Of a stretch of 64,000 nucleotides of DNA, positions 1 through 12,850 are shown one piece after another. Position 1 is the stretch's first letter. Every line of letters starts with the position of its first letter. The position numbers and the translations under genes are program-made. The stretch is from the human T2T-CHM13v2.0 reference genome, Homo sapiens: assembly GCF_009914755.1 (NCBI RefSeq), contig NC_060926.1; one strand, 5' to 3'. Under the pieces are notes generated by a model that saw only the letters and a program-made list of their open reading frames with translations, had not been told where the DNA came from and did not search any database.

Positions 1-1522
1 GTTATGTTCAACACTGGCCAGTATCCCTATATTATTTTGCTGACATACATACATATTGCATTGAAATAAAAAAATCAAAAGAGTATTTTCACAAGTCCGA
101 GTTTATAAACAATTGAATATATTCATCCATATATAAACATCTATATTCTGCTGAATATAGATGCTTCCTATTTCCTAGTTTCATATACATTATATGTATA
201 ACTTAACTACATTTAAATACCAATTTTATATACCAAGTGCAGCCTGATGAGCTATTTCAAAGCCTATGTTGACAATTTGCTAGAGTTGGGAAAAAATAAA
301 ATACCTTCAACATAATTAGCTGGTAAGTACCACATTAAGCCATCACTGTGTAGCTGCTACTATTCTACATGCTTTTACATGCATCGTCTTATTGAATCCA
401 TACAAATCTCTTCTTTTTATAGATGAGGAATCAGAACTTCCAACTGAGCAGCCCACACTCTAAACCACTGTACTATATACCCCTTCTCCCCACATACCTA
501 CAGAGGCGATTTCTTTGGAGCCTAATATTTGTTGGCTATTAATGGAAATTTTACTTTGCTGTGGAAACACGATCAAACCAACAATGACTCAAATCATTGA
601 AGAACCCATCAGGACTATCGAAAGAAGGGCCAGACAACCAGACTAAAACCTGGGAGCAAACACAGGCTCCAAACTGCAGCAGATAGGAGCACTCCTCATG
701 AGAGCTTAAGGGAGGATCGCATGAGAGCTTAAGGAGTTCATTTTGTGACAGGGTTTGGCCAGAAGTGCCAGAATGTCAGGAAGGGAGACTCTTATGAAGG
801 GGATTTCAAGGCTGGTCATCAGTGGAGAGAACTGGATAGAACTCCAATTTCTGAAAGGTCTGATGGCCATAACATAAGTCCTTTAGATAAACAAAAGTAC
901 ACTGCAGAATTTCAAGACATTCACACAGCATGGAGCAAATCAGCAACAAAGATGATCTGAACACATTGCGGGGCTCTTACATTTCTTTCCCAATAAAACT
1001 CATAACCATTAAACAAAATGTACTAGTGTGCTATTCTGCCAAACTATGAGACCATTAGTTCTCTGGACCCTGACAAGTCTGCCTTGAAATACGGCAGATC
1101 TAGGTCTCCACAACACTGATTCTCCATGAGGAATAAGCTAGCTCTTGGAACACTAATTCCAGTACTGACCACTGTATGTTCTTTAACATGTCGCTCATAT
1201 CTGGAGAAGTGTGTCAGGAACAAAATATAAAACTGTTCGCAGATTTTCTGACTTTGACCTCCATCTCTCAGTTCTCGGCTATGGGCTAAACTGTATGCAT
1301 TCTTTATAATTTTCCAGGTGCTTTTGAAAGAAATGTAGTTCATCCTAGAGGGTGACAAGAGAAGGCTTTATGTCAAATTTTACTTTTAAAATAGTTACCT
1401 AAAGTTTTAAAGACTGACTTTACTTTTCAGAAAGATGAAAAATGTTAAGGAAAGAACAAAGAAAAAATACATTTAGACACAGTAAGCAATTCATTCTTAA
1501 GTAAATATTTATATAAATAAGT

Positions 1523-1623
1523 GTCCCTCAGTCGAGACTTATGACCCTGGTTGTTAATTGGCCTTAAGACAGAAATTCTTAAGGCCAGTTAACAACCAGG
1601 GTCATAAGTCTCGACTGAGGGAC
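1523..1623. repeat. Near-perfect inverted repeat (47-bp stem, 7-nt loop)
   Basis: 1523-1569 gtccctcagtcgagacttatgaccctggttgttaattggccttaaga is the reverse complement of 1577-1623 except one T/G pair. Confidence 0.97.
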
Positions 1624-1684
1624 CCCATCCAACTCAGTACATCCTCAATGCACGTTAGGTCCTTGGTAGAGTCTCATGGAACTG

Positions 1685-1739
1685 AAGCTACTTAACATCT
1701 GAGTCTTGGATTCCTTATCTTCAAACTCTGGTGATAATA
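1685..1739 (+). mobile_element. MIR fragment, continued at ~3011-3090 after a DNA transposon insertion
   Basis: ctacttaacatctgagtcttggattccttatcttcaaactctggtgataata resembles the MIR core; taccctaccagttgtttttagg...gttaatgacctgtgaagtg continues it. Confidence 0.55.
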
Positions 1740-2078
1740 CAGTCAGTCTTCATTACTCACACAATTATAAATTGGTAATTCCACAATTAGAAATTGGTCT
1801 GCTCACTCAAATGTATTTGCAACCCCAAGATCAATACTCATGATGCCTTCACTGTCCCTTGCAGACTTGCACAGAGCAGTGAAAGTGTGAGTGACCAATG
1901 TGCACATTCCAAACTGAGGTCACGCAAGGGGTGACGCTCCACAGCTCTTGGTGTCCTTTTCGTGATCTATTTAGTGCCACTTTTTGCATGTTTGTGCTTT
2001 CTGTTGGTGACTGTATTGATTAAAATGGCCCCCAATTACAGTACTGAAGTACTAAGTCCTCCTGAGTACAAAAAGGCA

Positions 2079-2727
<649 letters not shown>

Positions 2728-3529
2728 GTGATATGTCTTATGGATAAAATGTATGTGTTAGACAAGCTTCAGGTATGAGTCATAGTGCTGTTGGCTATGA
2801 GTTCGATGCTGATGAATCAACAATACATATTAAAAAGGAGTCTTTAAGCAGAAACATACATAAAACACCATAAGGTTATGCACTGATCAGCTAAAAAACC
2901 AGAGCCAGAGGCTCACAGGAATCTAACCCTGTATTTTCCTTAGGAGCAATGGTTCAGTGTTTAAGGTGACTTCATAGAACATAACTACTATGAATAAGGA
3001 GAACTCAGCATATATACCCTACCAGTTGTTTTTAGGTTCTGAAAAAATATACAGGTTAATGACCTGTGAAGTGACCAGCATAATTAGGAACGCAAGGGAT
3101 TTTACCTACCTATAAGTAAAAGGACTGTTCTCTTAGGTGTCTGACAAACACCACAACTAAAAATATCAAACTGAGATACAGCATATTTCATAGATGATGA
3201 TAGGAAAAATGAAATTTCATTTGAATGTATCACTTAAGTCAATACATTAGAAGTGGGAAATATTAAGATATAATTTAAAATCCATCAAAAGGCATTTGGA
3301 TTCTAAATCAGGTTAACATTGTTAGACAATATGCTATCAACTCTGCTAATTAGAAAGTCACAGCCTTTTATTCATAAGCCTTCAAGTAAATCCAATTAAA
3401 ATGGAAGTTCAAGCTTGGGAATCTCAGTCACAGGTCTATTACCTCTATAGGCTTCAATTATGAAGCTGTCCCGAAAGTAGGAAACACAGGGTTTCAACTC
3501 AAAGTCCACATAAGAGTAGAAATTCACCA

Positions 3530-3712
3530 TTTACATTAGGTATATCCCCTAATGCTATCCCTCTCTCCTCTCCATGTCAAGTTAACGGGTGCAGCACACC
3601 AACATGGCACACGTATACATATGTAACAAACCTGTACCTTGGGCACATGTACCCTAGAACTTAAAGTATAATAAAAAAAAAAGAGCGAAATCTCTGTATC
3701 AAATTTAAAAAA
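3530..3712 (+). mobile_element. Short L1PA 3' end with 5' inversion and target-site duplication
   Basis: gggtgcagcacaccaacatggcacacgtatacatatgtaacaaacctg...tagaacttaaagtataataaa is the L1PA 3' terminus; 3530-3573 is the inverted adjacent segment; TSD aagagtagaaa(t/c)tcacca at 3512-3529 and 3713-3730. Confidence 0.93.
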
Positions 3713-4114
3713 AAGAGTAGAAACTCACCAAGAAATGCTCCTATTGGCTGAATCTAGAAAATTTACTTTATGAAACATCAGTGCATTGCTTATTTTAAAA
3801 AAAAGCTGTACTTTGATACCTTGATTAATTATGACAAATTATTATATTCCTAAGCAGAGATAGATTTTTTAATTTTGTGTACAAGTATAACAAAGTAAAC
3901 CCTTGCTTGATGGAGTTAAGACCACTTTAATCCAGATCTCCTTAATTCAGAACCAAGAACCTAGACAAGTATTTCTTTGTTCTATGAAAATATAAGAATA
4001 AAAGGATAGCAAAAGAATAAGTGACATTAAAAAAGGCTAAAGTTTTAGAACATTGCATTAAAAACTGAAGAAAAAACTTCAAGACTTTGAAAGCACCCAT
4101 TTACATATGACTTT

Positions 4115-4285
4115 ATTTATTCATTCAATATTCATTAATTCCACACACACTTATTGAGTTCTGCTCTGGGCCAGCCATCAGAAATCCCCAGGAGAAGCAG
4201 ATACTGAACAGCCTTTCTGAAGCTCACAGTCTAGTAGGTGAGACACACGTGTAAACAAATGCACTGCACCGTGATAAAGACAATT
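4115..4285 (-). mobile_element. L2 3' fragment
   Basis: tcattcaatattcatt...cttattgagttctgctctgggcc...gctcacagtctagtaggtgagac resembles an antisense L2 tail. Confidence 0.55.
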
Positions 4286-4690
4286 GAAGATGTAACTGCA
4301 AAGAAAAATGTTACTCAGCAGAGGCTGCTGCTTTGAAAATAACCCTTTAAAAGATGTCTCACCTCAGCATTGAAGGCTCCTCCTGGGGACACACTTTACT
4401 AACTCAGCTCTAGTTAATAGGAAAACTGCAAAAATGATGCAGCTACAATTCTCTGGAGGTAGGAGGGAAACCTCATGCACTCAGACTGGATTGTACCAGC
4501 ACCTCTCCCCTTCATTCTCAAGTCACTTTTGCCACCCAAACCTCAACTAATGGAAAGTAACCAAGTTAACCAGAAGGTGAAGGCACGGGTCCTGCAGGAG
4601 GTGTTTCTGGCTGTTACAAGCACGGGAAGGAAAGCTCCACCACTGTGGCCAATGAAAACTTGTCATTCGCTCTCATGCAAAAGAGAACAC

Positions 4691-4748
4691 AACTTCCATC
4701 ACTTGACTAAGCCAGAGGTTAACTCACTTAGTCAAGTGATGGAAAGTT
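4691..4748. repeat. Inverted repeat, 18-bp perfect stem with 15-nt loop
   Basis: ttccatcacttgactaag (4694-4711) pairs with cttagtcaagtgatggaa (4727-4744); 3 more pairs past a 1-nt bulge. Confidence 0.95.
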
Positions 4749-7700
4749 TCCTCACTTTAGTTTTTCTCAAAAAAGTGACACTTTAATTATATGAGCACAC
4801 CTATTTTATCCTTTCTTACCTCCCCCTCTACTTATAAAACAATATATCTGTGATTCTATGTCTTTTCCCAGGTTTAGAATCTGAGTGGCTCATGTGCTTG
4901 AGGCTCCTGGAGAGAAATAGAATCAGTGGATAGAACTCAATCTCCCACATGGGTCATGGCGAAGGCAGTGGCTTCAAGCCCAGCCTTTGGTAAAGTCTCT
5001 GGTAGTATCACTGCCAGGGCCACAGGACCGCAGAGCCTATAGCATTCTCTCTATGACTAACTATAGAAGGCTCTCAGTCTTGTGGATGAGAAAGAAGCTC
5101 CTTCATGAAATGGCTTGTCTCCCTGTTAAAAAGAAGACACAGGCACCGTTGTTTTTGCTTATTTTTTCTCACTCAGTCAGTACCATCCAGTACTTACTTA
5201 CATTTGTCTAGTCTCTCCTAAACGACTTCTGGAAAAGACTCCAAAATCTTTTTAAGCAGCCCCAACTAGCTACATTCCAGAGCAAAGCATTCTTTATTTA
5301 TAAATGAAAGGGCTCAGCAGTAGCTTCTAGCCTTATCTCACTCTTCTCTAGACAAGGGGGTTCCATGAAGACATGTTCCACAGGTAGGTTTGAAAAAACA
5401 TTTCAAGTATCAGGGGCCAAGGTCCTGCTTCCAGTTCCTCTACCACATAAATGTTTAGTCCTACAACCTGTCTGGTCCTGGTTTTCTCATTACAAAGCAA
5501 GAGGAATGAATGAAAGAGGGTCTGTAAAATCCCCTTCCCATTCTCTCAGTCTGTATGTAACCTGGTAATATATCTTCTATTCCAGGTTAATAGTGAACCC
5601 CAATTCCTTTATGAGGTCCTTATGTTATACATACAATCCCTAATGTTAAAACAGGATTTAAAATACTATTATACAGTCCATCATGTTGGATTCCTATAAA
5701 TATGGGTTTTTCATACTTGCCAATCAAATTAATTAGCCAAATTCACTTATCAAAGTCCATTTAATACATTATGTGCTGGCATCTTCTAAAATATGTTCAC
5801 TTATTATGTTTACTAGAAAGAATTTTTAATGAGCAGCTGCCTCAAAATTAATTAATGTATATAGCTTCCACTATAAAGTTACAAGCCAAATCCCACTAAT
5901 ACAATTTCAGTGAATAGCTCAGACTGCAAAATACAGCAAAACTCCAACTGCTAGCCCATTTATTTAGAGAAGCATGTGAATCAACAAATTTACAAGAGCA
6001 TGAAACAAGCAGTTATGATATTCATGTAGATTTTGAGTACTATATTCCGTGAAATACCACAACATGGAATTCTAGCAAATCAAGGAAACTCTATTGGTAC
6101 CTCATATCTTCCTGTATACTCTATACAGGAAGTAGAAATACTTTTCTGTTATAGAACTAGACTATAGGAAAATCAAGGTATTTGACTGTACCAGCTAGAT
6201 TCTGATTTTTTCTATTCTCTAAAAATCTCACACCAAAGAATTATTTTACAGCCCATTAACTGATTTCCTTCAAATCCTGCTACCTTTTATTTATACTCTG
6301 TTTATGTGCTAAATTCTAAAGAGTTTCTGAAGGAAACTAAAGTAGGTTAAATAAAACTGAAACACTGCTTTGCCAACATTTTTTAAAAATCAAAGTCAGG
6401 TGTAATTAAAAGAAAATGATTATACAGCTTGCTAGCACTTGTTCCATTTTTAAGAACAAATGTTCAGACTTACCTAGGGGATGTTTCCATCTGCTTCTCT
6501 CAGTTTGGTTTCCATGCTTTAGCTTTAACTATTATATGTAGGCAAATTACCAATGTCTGACTATCTAACAATAAATAACCCTGGCCTTATTTTTTTTTCA
6601 AATAACCCTTACCAAAACTGAAATCATATTTTCTCAAATCATATTTTAACAGCTAGTCTTACATTAGCCAGAAAGGAGACCTCACCATCACAATTTGGAG
6701 AAAATAAACACCTCATTATTGATAACACTGTCTAGAGTTGCGCATTCCGGAGTTACGAACTTAGCCACCATGCAGATAGAATACCTACTCTCCTAAAGGC
6801 TAAAATCCAAAATTAATGTGAAGGTGTATTTTAAGAAATGGTAAACAATAAAGATAATAAAATAGTAAGATAAAACCATTAAACAGACACCCAGTGGCCA
6901 ATATATTACAATTGGAGATAAAAATATATGCATTTCTGGCTTAATAAGTTAGTGACTTAGAACAGTACAAGAGTGACATGGAATCACAGAAGTGACAAAA
7001 CTTGGCCACAACAAAGCCCTGATGAAAAGCAAATTGCTCCAATACAGTGTCCGTACACTTCACCCTTGCATGCCCATCTCTGATGCCCCCCAAAGTAGCT
7101 GCATAACTGATTTATTTTTCATCCAGATGGCTGGCGTCCTGTACAGACTTACAATGCTGACTGTCTTGGGGATGCTTATTCAGTGAGTCTTGAAAGCCAT
7201 TATTCACTAATTTCATGTGGAAATGAAATTTCAGCCTCCCATTGTGTACGTATAACTTGGGTACTTCCACCACATACAAAAAGTGCTTTTTGCCAGGCGG
7301 GAGAGGATGACTGGAATGCAAAACCCTTCCTGCATGCCTCCCTGGCCCAGACCCAAGCTGGCATATGGCAGTTCCACCAACCACCTCCATATAGAACACT
7401 AGGTGAATGCTTTAAGCAAGTCCTAATAATGTGATTTACAAAGCACTCACTGGATGGCTGTCTTCTGCCTCTATTTTCATTCAGGATAGGAGATTAATCT
7501 TATTTCATGAAAAGCATTTTACTACATTCTGTTTCTTGCATTCACCCTCCTCCCTACATCTTTTTTAAAAGAAAAAACAATTTTGCTAAAATTCTGTATA
7601 TCTAAAAAGAATCATGAGTTTCCAAGTTTTCTTACCTTACTATTTTCTTATTCTAGAACTTAATCCTCAACACAGGATTTACTTTCTGTTTCAAGCCTGT

Positions 7701-8462
7701 GACTAGCAGGCAAAGAAAACTGGTCTTTAGAGAGCAAGTTAAACGTTTTAGCTAAATTCATGTGCTTTGAATGAAACATTCCCACGCTGTGCTTATAAAC
7801 AACTATTGATATTTTCTGTAACTTCATTCCAGAAATTGTTTGCTTTTAAATGTCAGAGAGCTCTCTTCCTCGCCCTATTTTGGGTTTTATTTCAGTCGGC
7901 AGTGTTGCTCATCAGTAATAAATACAAATTCTTATGTAGAGACACACTCACATCACATGCTGGAGCTGAGGAGCTCAAAGTATTTTACAAACATGATCAA
8001 AATCACTAATGACTTCCAGCTCTGGAATCTGACTTCTGGATCTGTCTCAGAAGACTTATTTACATCATCTTTGCAAAATATAATTTGTATTTATAAACAC
8101 AGGCATTTATCTAGTACTTAGCAATGAATGCAAGTCATAGCCCTGGCACTGACATTCATTTCCAACTGTGGTTCCAACTGAACTTCCCAGAGATGTAAGA
8201 TATGACTGTCTATGGTAACCTTCCTCCTTTGATTCTGAGGAGTAAACGGCATTTCCTCTCCTCTTCTATTTTCATCTACTCTGCCACATAACTCTTCCTC
8301 ACCAGTGGCATCTGCAGGGGGACAAGCCCTCCTTCTTTCACATATCCCAGGAACGTGGTTTGTCCACTAGGCCTTCTCCAGGCTTGTCTCTCAGATATAT
8401 GAATTTCAGAATGAGATGGGTGATATGCATGTAGGGATATTTTGCATATTAAAAGTAAAAAT

Positions 8463-8766
8463 AGCCGGGCACGGTGGCTCACACCTGTAATCCCAGCACT
8501 TTGAGAGGCCGAGGTGGTTGGACCTTGAGGTAAGGAGTTCGAGACCAGCCTGGCCAACATGGTAAAACTCCATCTCTACTAAAAATACAAAAATTAGCTG
8601 GGCATGGTGGCGGGTGCCTGTAATCCCAGCTACTCAGAAGGCTGAGGCAGGAGAATCATTTGAAACCGGGAGGCAGAGGTTTGCGTTGAGCCGAGATCAC
8701 ACTGTTGCACTCCAGCCTGGGCAACAAGAGCGAAACTCTGTCTCAAAAAAAAAAAAAAAAAAAAAA
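8463..8766 (+). mobile_element. AluS (Sq-like), full length
   Basis: Dimeric Alu, gggcaacaagagcgaaac, poly-A, TSD-like aaaag(t/c)aaaaat on both sides. Confidence 0.95.
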
Positions 8767-8863
8767 GCAAAAATGACCAAGGCAAAATAGCTCCATTCTG
8801 AATTACACATCCACCTTCTGAAGGTAACCAATGCTGTCAGAATCCAGCTTGGTAAATACTCTG

Positions 8864-8894
<31 letters not shown>

Positions 8895-11089
8895 AACTGA
8901 GAGAACATATACAAAATCAACTTTATCTTATCCTGGAATCACATTCTACTATAATGAAAGACAGATAGCCTTGTCTCAAGAAAAGTAAAAGCAAGAAAGT
9001 AGCTCTAGCATGGAGGTGATACCCAAATATAAACAGGGCTGGTTTCAGAATTTCTAAGCAGGCTTCCAAGAAACAATCTGATTGGAAGCAGAAGGCAACC
9101 TATTGGTCTTGAAGCTACATTTGCAGAACCAGATCACCCTTCTTACTTGGATTGTGGGTTTACTAAGAGTGTTGGAGTGGGTAGCTAACGGAGATTCTAC
9201 CTTTAACTATATTAATGCAAACTGTGGTATAGCCCTGGAAATAATACTGCTACTGCATGCAATATCATCAGCCAGATCTTTCTTAGAAGACAGCTCCAAT
9301 CTATCGACTTTAAAAGAAATACAAATGAATGAGAAAATGCTTTTGAAAAACAGCGAAGACACTCAAGGATGCATAAATGTAAACTGACAAACATGTAAAC
9401 AATAAAGCAAAAGTGAATGTCTATTTCTCCTCCTCTCATATCTTGCAGGGCACTACCGGGAAAGTTTTTTTATAGTAGGCCTACATGATAGAGTACTTTG
9501 TACAAAAGATCAGAGCATGATTAGCTCAAGCGTTAGATGACCATAAAACTGGAGTTACACAATATACCCCAATGTACAGTTTATGTCACAAAATAAAAAG
9601 AAAGACTTCCTCATAATCATGTTTCTTTCACATTTTAAGTGTTTGGTGTTTTTGACTAACCATATTATGCTATAAAATCAAAAGTAATCACTTTTAGGGT
9701 CCTTTGAGAAATCCTTCTTCATACTTATATATATTTTTTAAAAAGGTTAGGAGCAACAAATCCTGGATTCTTCCATAATTTAAGTGCAACCCCCATTTTT
9801 TAAATCATGAAATAGAGTTTAAATTGGCAGGAGGGGGAGCTGCCCAACAAAGTTGTACCTAGAGAGAACCTTTCCTGTAAGTCCCTTTTGAACAAATAAG
9901 TGGTTCTAATCAAATTGTGGATGTATGATGAGATTCTCAAAACAAAGGAAGTCTACTCCTCTAGGAGACACTAGATTGAATGAAGCATTTCATAGCATTT
10001 CATCTATGGAAGAACTAGGCCCTCTCCTGAAAAATACTTGCTTTGGTCCCTACCATAAAGCAGCAAGGTAGTAAAGGAGAAAATGCTGTGACAGTGTTTT
10101 CTTTTGATTCAGTCCAGTAGCTATGGAAACTATCTTTTAAATGCCAATTGGTCCTCTTCCCTGCAACTACATAAAATAAAACCATTTCTTACCCTCACGG
10201 ATGCCATGGCTGGAAGCTCCATTTTTCAACACGTTCAACTAATCTAAGCCCTCTCCCACTTTTGCTCAGTATTTGCAAGCTGAAGCTATCATATTTGATT
10301 GATACTATGGATTTAAATTAGAATACACATGAATGTACTTCTAACTAAGGCTGCGAGGAGTAATAATGCCCAAACCACAAGTAAACATTTGTTAAACCTG
10401 CTTGATGTGCTCCAAGAAAAACAACGTTTGCTTCTTTCTCTTTCCCTATATCTCTTCTTCTGAGGTAAAAATGCATGTAATTCCCATCACTTGTAACGTG
10501 TTTTTCTTTTCAGTGCCTGTGCATATACCATAGGCCACAAGCTGCAATTCAGGGTCAAGAGTTTCCTTCTATTTACAAATATAAAAAATTAAGATTTTTC
10601 TTTTGTGGCTCCCTCAATAGGAAAATGGTAGACAAGCTAAAATATAAACTGATACTAGGGTCTGACTGTTTTTCTGCATGGATTTCAATCCTATCCCATT
10701 CAAAACAGAATCATCTCCAGAGATCTATTTCTAGATTTATTCATTGTTTAATTTTTTGAGATTTGTCATTTTTATTTCCTTCACTATATTTAAACTTTTC
10801 TTTCAGTAAACAAGTTTGATAAAGATGGATATTCTTTGTGTACAGCTTCCTACTTCAATATCACCTTAGTTCATCATCTTTATTGTCAAATTCCCTTGTA
10901 ATCTATCTCTTTGTAAGATCCTCCCTAAAATTTTGAGATTTGCAAATGCAAAATACAACAAACTGTTATGTTCCAACATGCATTAACTTTTCTCACTGAT
11001 TTTTTTCAGTGTGACTTTTCTCTTTAACCTCCAATCTGTCTCATACAATTTATTGGTAGTATAGTATTTATATAACCCTATTTTATGCA

Positions 11090-12275
11090 CAGTTAGCATG
11101 AATCTTAAAAAATTAAGGGCTACAATACCCAAGACAATTCTAAAGGACAACAGAATTAAAGGACTTAACCACACCTTAAGAAATGCCATAAAGATATAGA
11201 ATTAAGACAGTGTGTTTGAAGCAAAACATATAAATATATATTTAAAAAAACAGGCCCATGGGAGAAAAGGAGGAGCTAGAAAGAGACTCACAGTTAAGAC
11301 TGTCACTTGATATACAACAAGAGTGACAAGGAAAGTATGGGAAAAGTCTTCTCACTATATGATTATGGGTCAGTTGGACACCCATATGAAGGAAAGTAAC
11401 TCTTAATCTTTAATTCATACCACAAACAAAACTCAATTCCTGAGGGACTGCAAATATAAGAGAGAAAATAACAAAGCTTCTGTAAAAAATAAAACAAGAA
11501 CATAAGAACATATCTTGATGACTTTGGAAGAGGCAAAGGTTTCTTAACACATAGCAAGTACTAAGCATAAAGGACTTTATTAATTTTAATAAATCTATAA
11601 AGGGAAAATGTATTTGCAATATCTACACCCAGTTAAAGACTTGAAAATACCAAGTGTCTGTAGGCAAATATGTGGAGAAGACAGAGGTCTCTGCCACTGC
11701 TGGTGGGAGTGTAAACTGGTACAAACACTTTGGGGAACTGATAGAACACGTGTATACCCAAGAGCCAACAAAATACTCACCAAAAATATGTACAAACCTG
11801 TTCATAGCAGCACATTACACAGAAGACCCAGACCAGGACATACCCAATTGTCCATCAACGATCAACTACATCAATAAATCATGCTATATTCATTTAATGA
11901 AATGCTGCCCCGTAACTAGAATGAAGTGTTTACGACTACTTGCAATGATATAGGTAAGTATCACGAATACAATATTGAATGAAAAAACAGCGAGAAAAAA
12001 ACAAACCATAAGTATTGAATTATTCTATTTGTATTGAATTATTCTATTCATACAGAGGTCTAATATGGGGAAAAACCAATTTATGGTAACAGAAATCAGG
12101 ATAGTATTTGTGCATGACAAACAAGGCATGGAGTGAATTCTTGGATTCTTTTTCTTGACCTGGGTGCTAATTACATAGGTGTTTTCACTTTGTGAAAAAC
12201 CAGTATACTAACACTTGATTTGTGTGCTCTTCCGTATGTATGTTACACCTCAATAAATTTTTTTTTAATTAAAGG
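11090..12275 (+). mobile_element. Ancient L1M fragment (ORF2 3' part and 3' UTR)
   Basis: Translation CWWECKLVQTLW resembles L1 ORF2p CWWDCKLVQPLW; ends tatgttacacctcaataaa. Confidence 0.85.
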
Positions 12276-12379
12276 CGCAATCCCTATTTTCAATGAACAT
12301 ACAATTAAATTTTGAAACCAGAAAACATAGAGGAAAAACAGGAGAATGTTAACAGGAAACAGGCCACAAGTAGTTTCAA

Positions 12380-12850
12380 TCAGCACATATTCAGCAAATT
12401 CCTATGCTTGTGGCCAATATTTTAGGAGTGATTGAAACATTTATAAGTATTGAAAAAATTCCCCCTGCTCTCCAGGAGTTTATAACTCAGAGCAAAAAAG
12501 GATTTTTTTGATTTGATCAGGAAAAAAAAAAAAAAAAAATGGAGGTGGGGAGAGTCATAGCAGACACTAAACAATTATAATGCTAGGGCAGTCAACTAGC
12601 ATATGTTGCAACAGCTGTGCTGTGGGGATTGAGAAAGAATCATGGTTGGGGTCTGAAATTATCAAGAAAGGCCTCATGGAAGAGACGAATGTGACCGTGG
12701 AGTGGAAACATGCATAGCATCTGAATTCACAGTGTGAGGACCCAGCAATAGGAATGATTCCAGGGAGGGAGGCTGTAGGGGCAAAATGAATGGTAACTGA
12801 GTAGACGGAGCTTTCCTGGTGAGGTAGGTAAAGGGGAGTCACTGAGGAAG
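12380..12850 (-). mobile_element. L2 fragment
   Basis: attcagcaaattcctatgc, ccctgctctccaggagtttata, atcaagaaaggcctcatggaagag, attccagggagggagg are L2-like. Confidence 0.5.

Noticed and set aside
697-734. Short direct repeats (also 6617-6647, 12012-12048, 26000-26050, 50020-50090)
   Set aside because: Ordinary slippage duplications or low complexity; two copies and no spacer structure
6108-6132. 11-bp hairpin cttcctgtata-ctc-tatacaggaag
   Set aside because: Short enough to be plausible by chance in 64 kb of AT-rich DNA; noted only as context
6992-7434. Cluster of short ORFs suggesting a processed pseudogene or coding exon
   Set aside because: No recognisable homology, poly-A or TSD; the donor-like site near 7150 has only a weak acceptor partner
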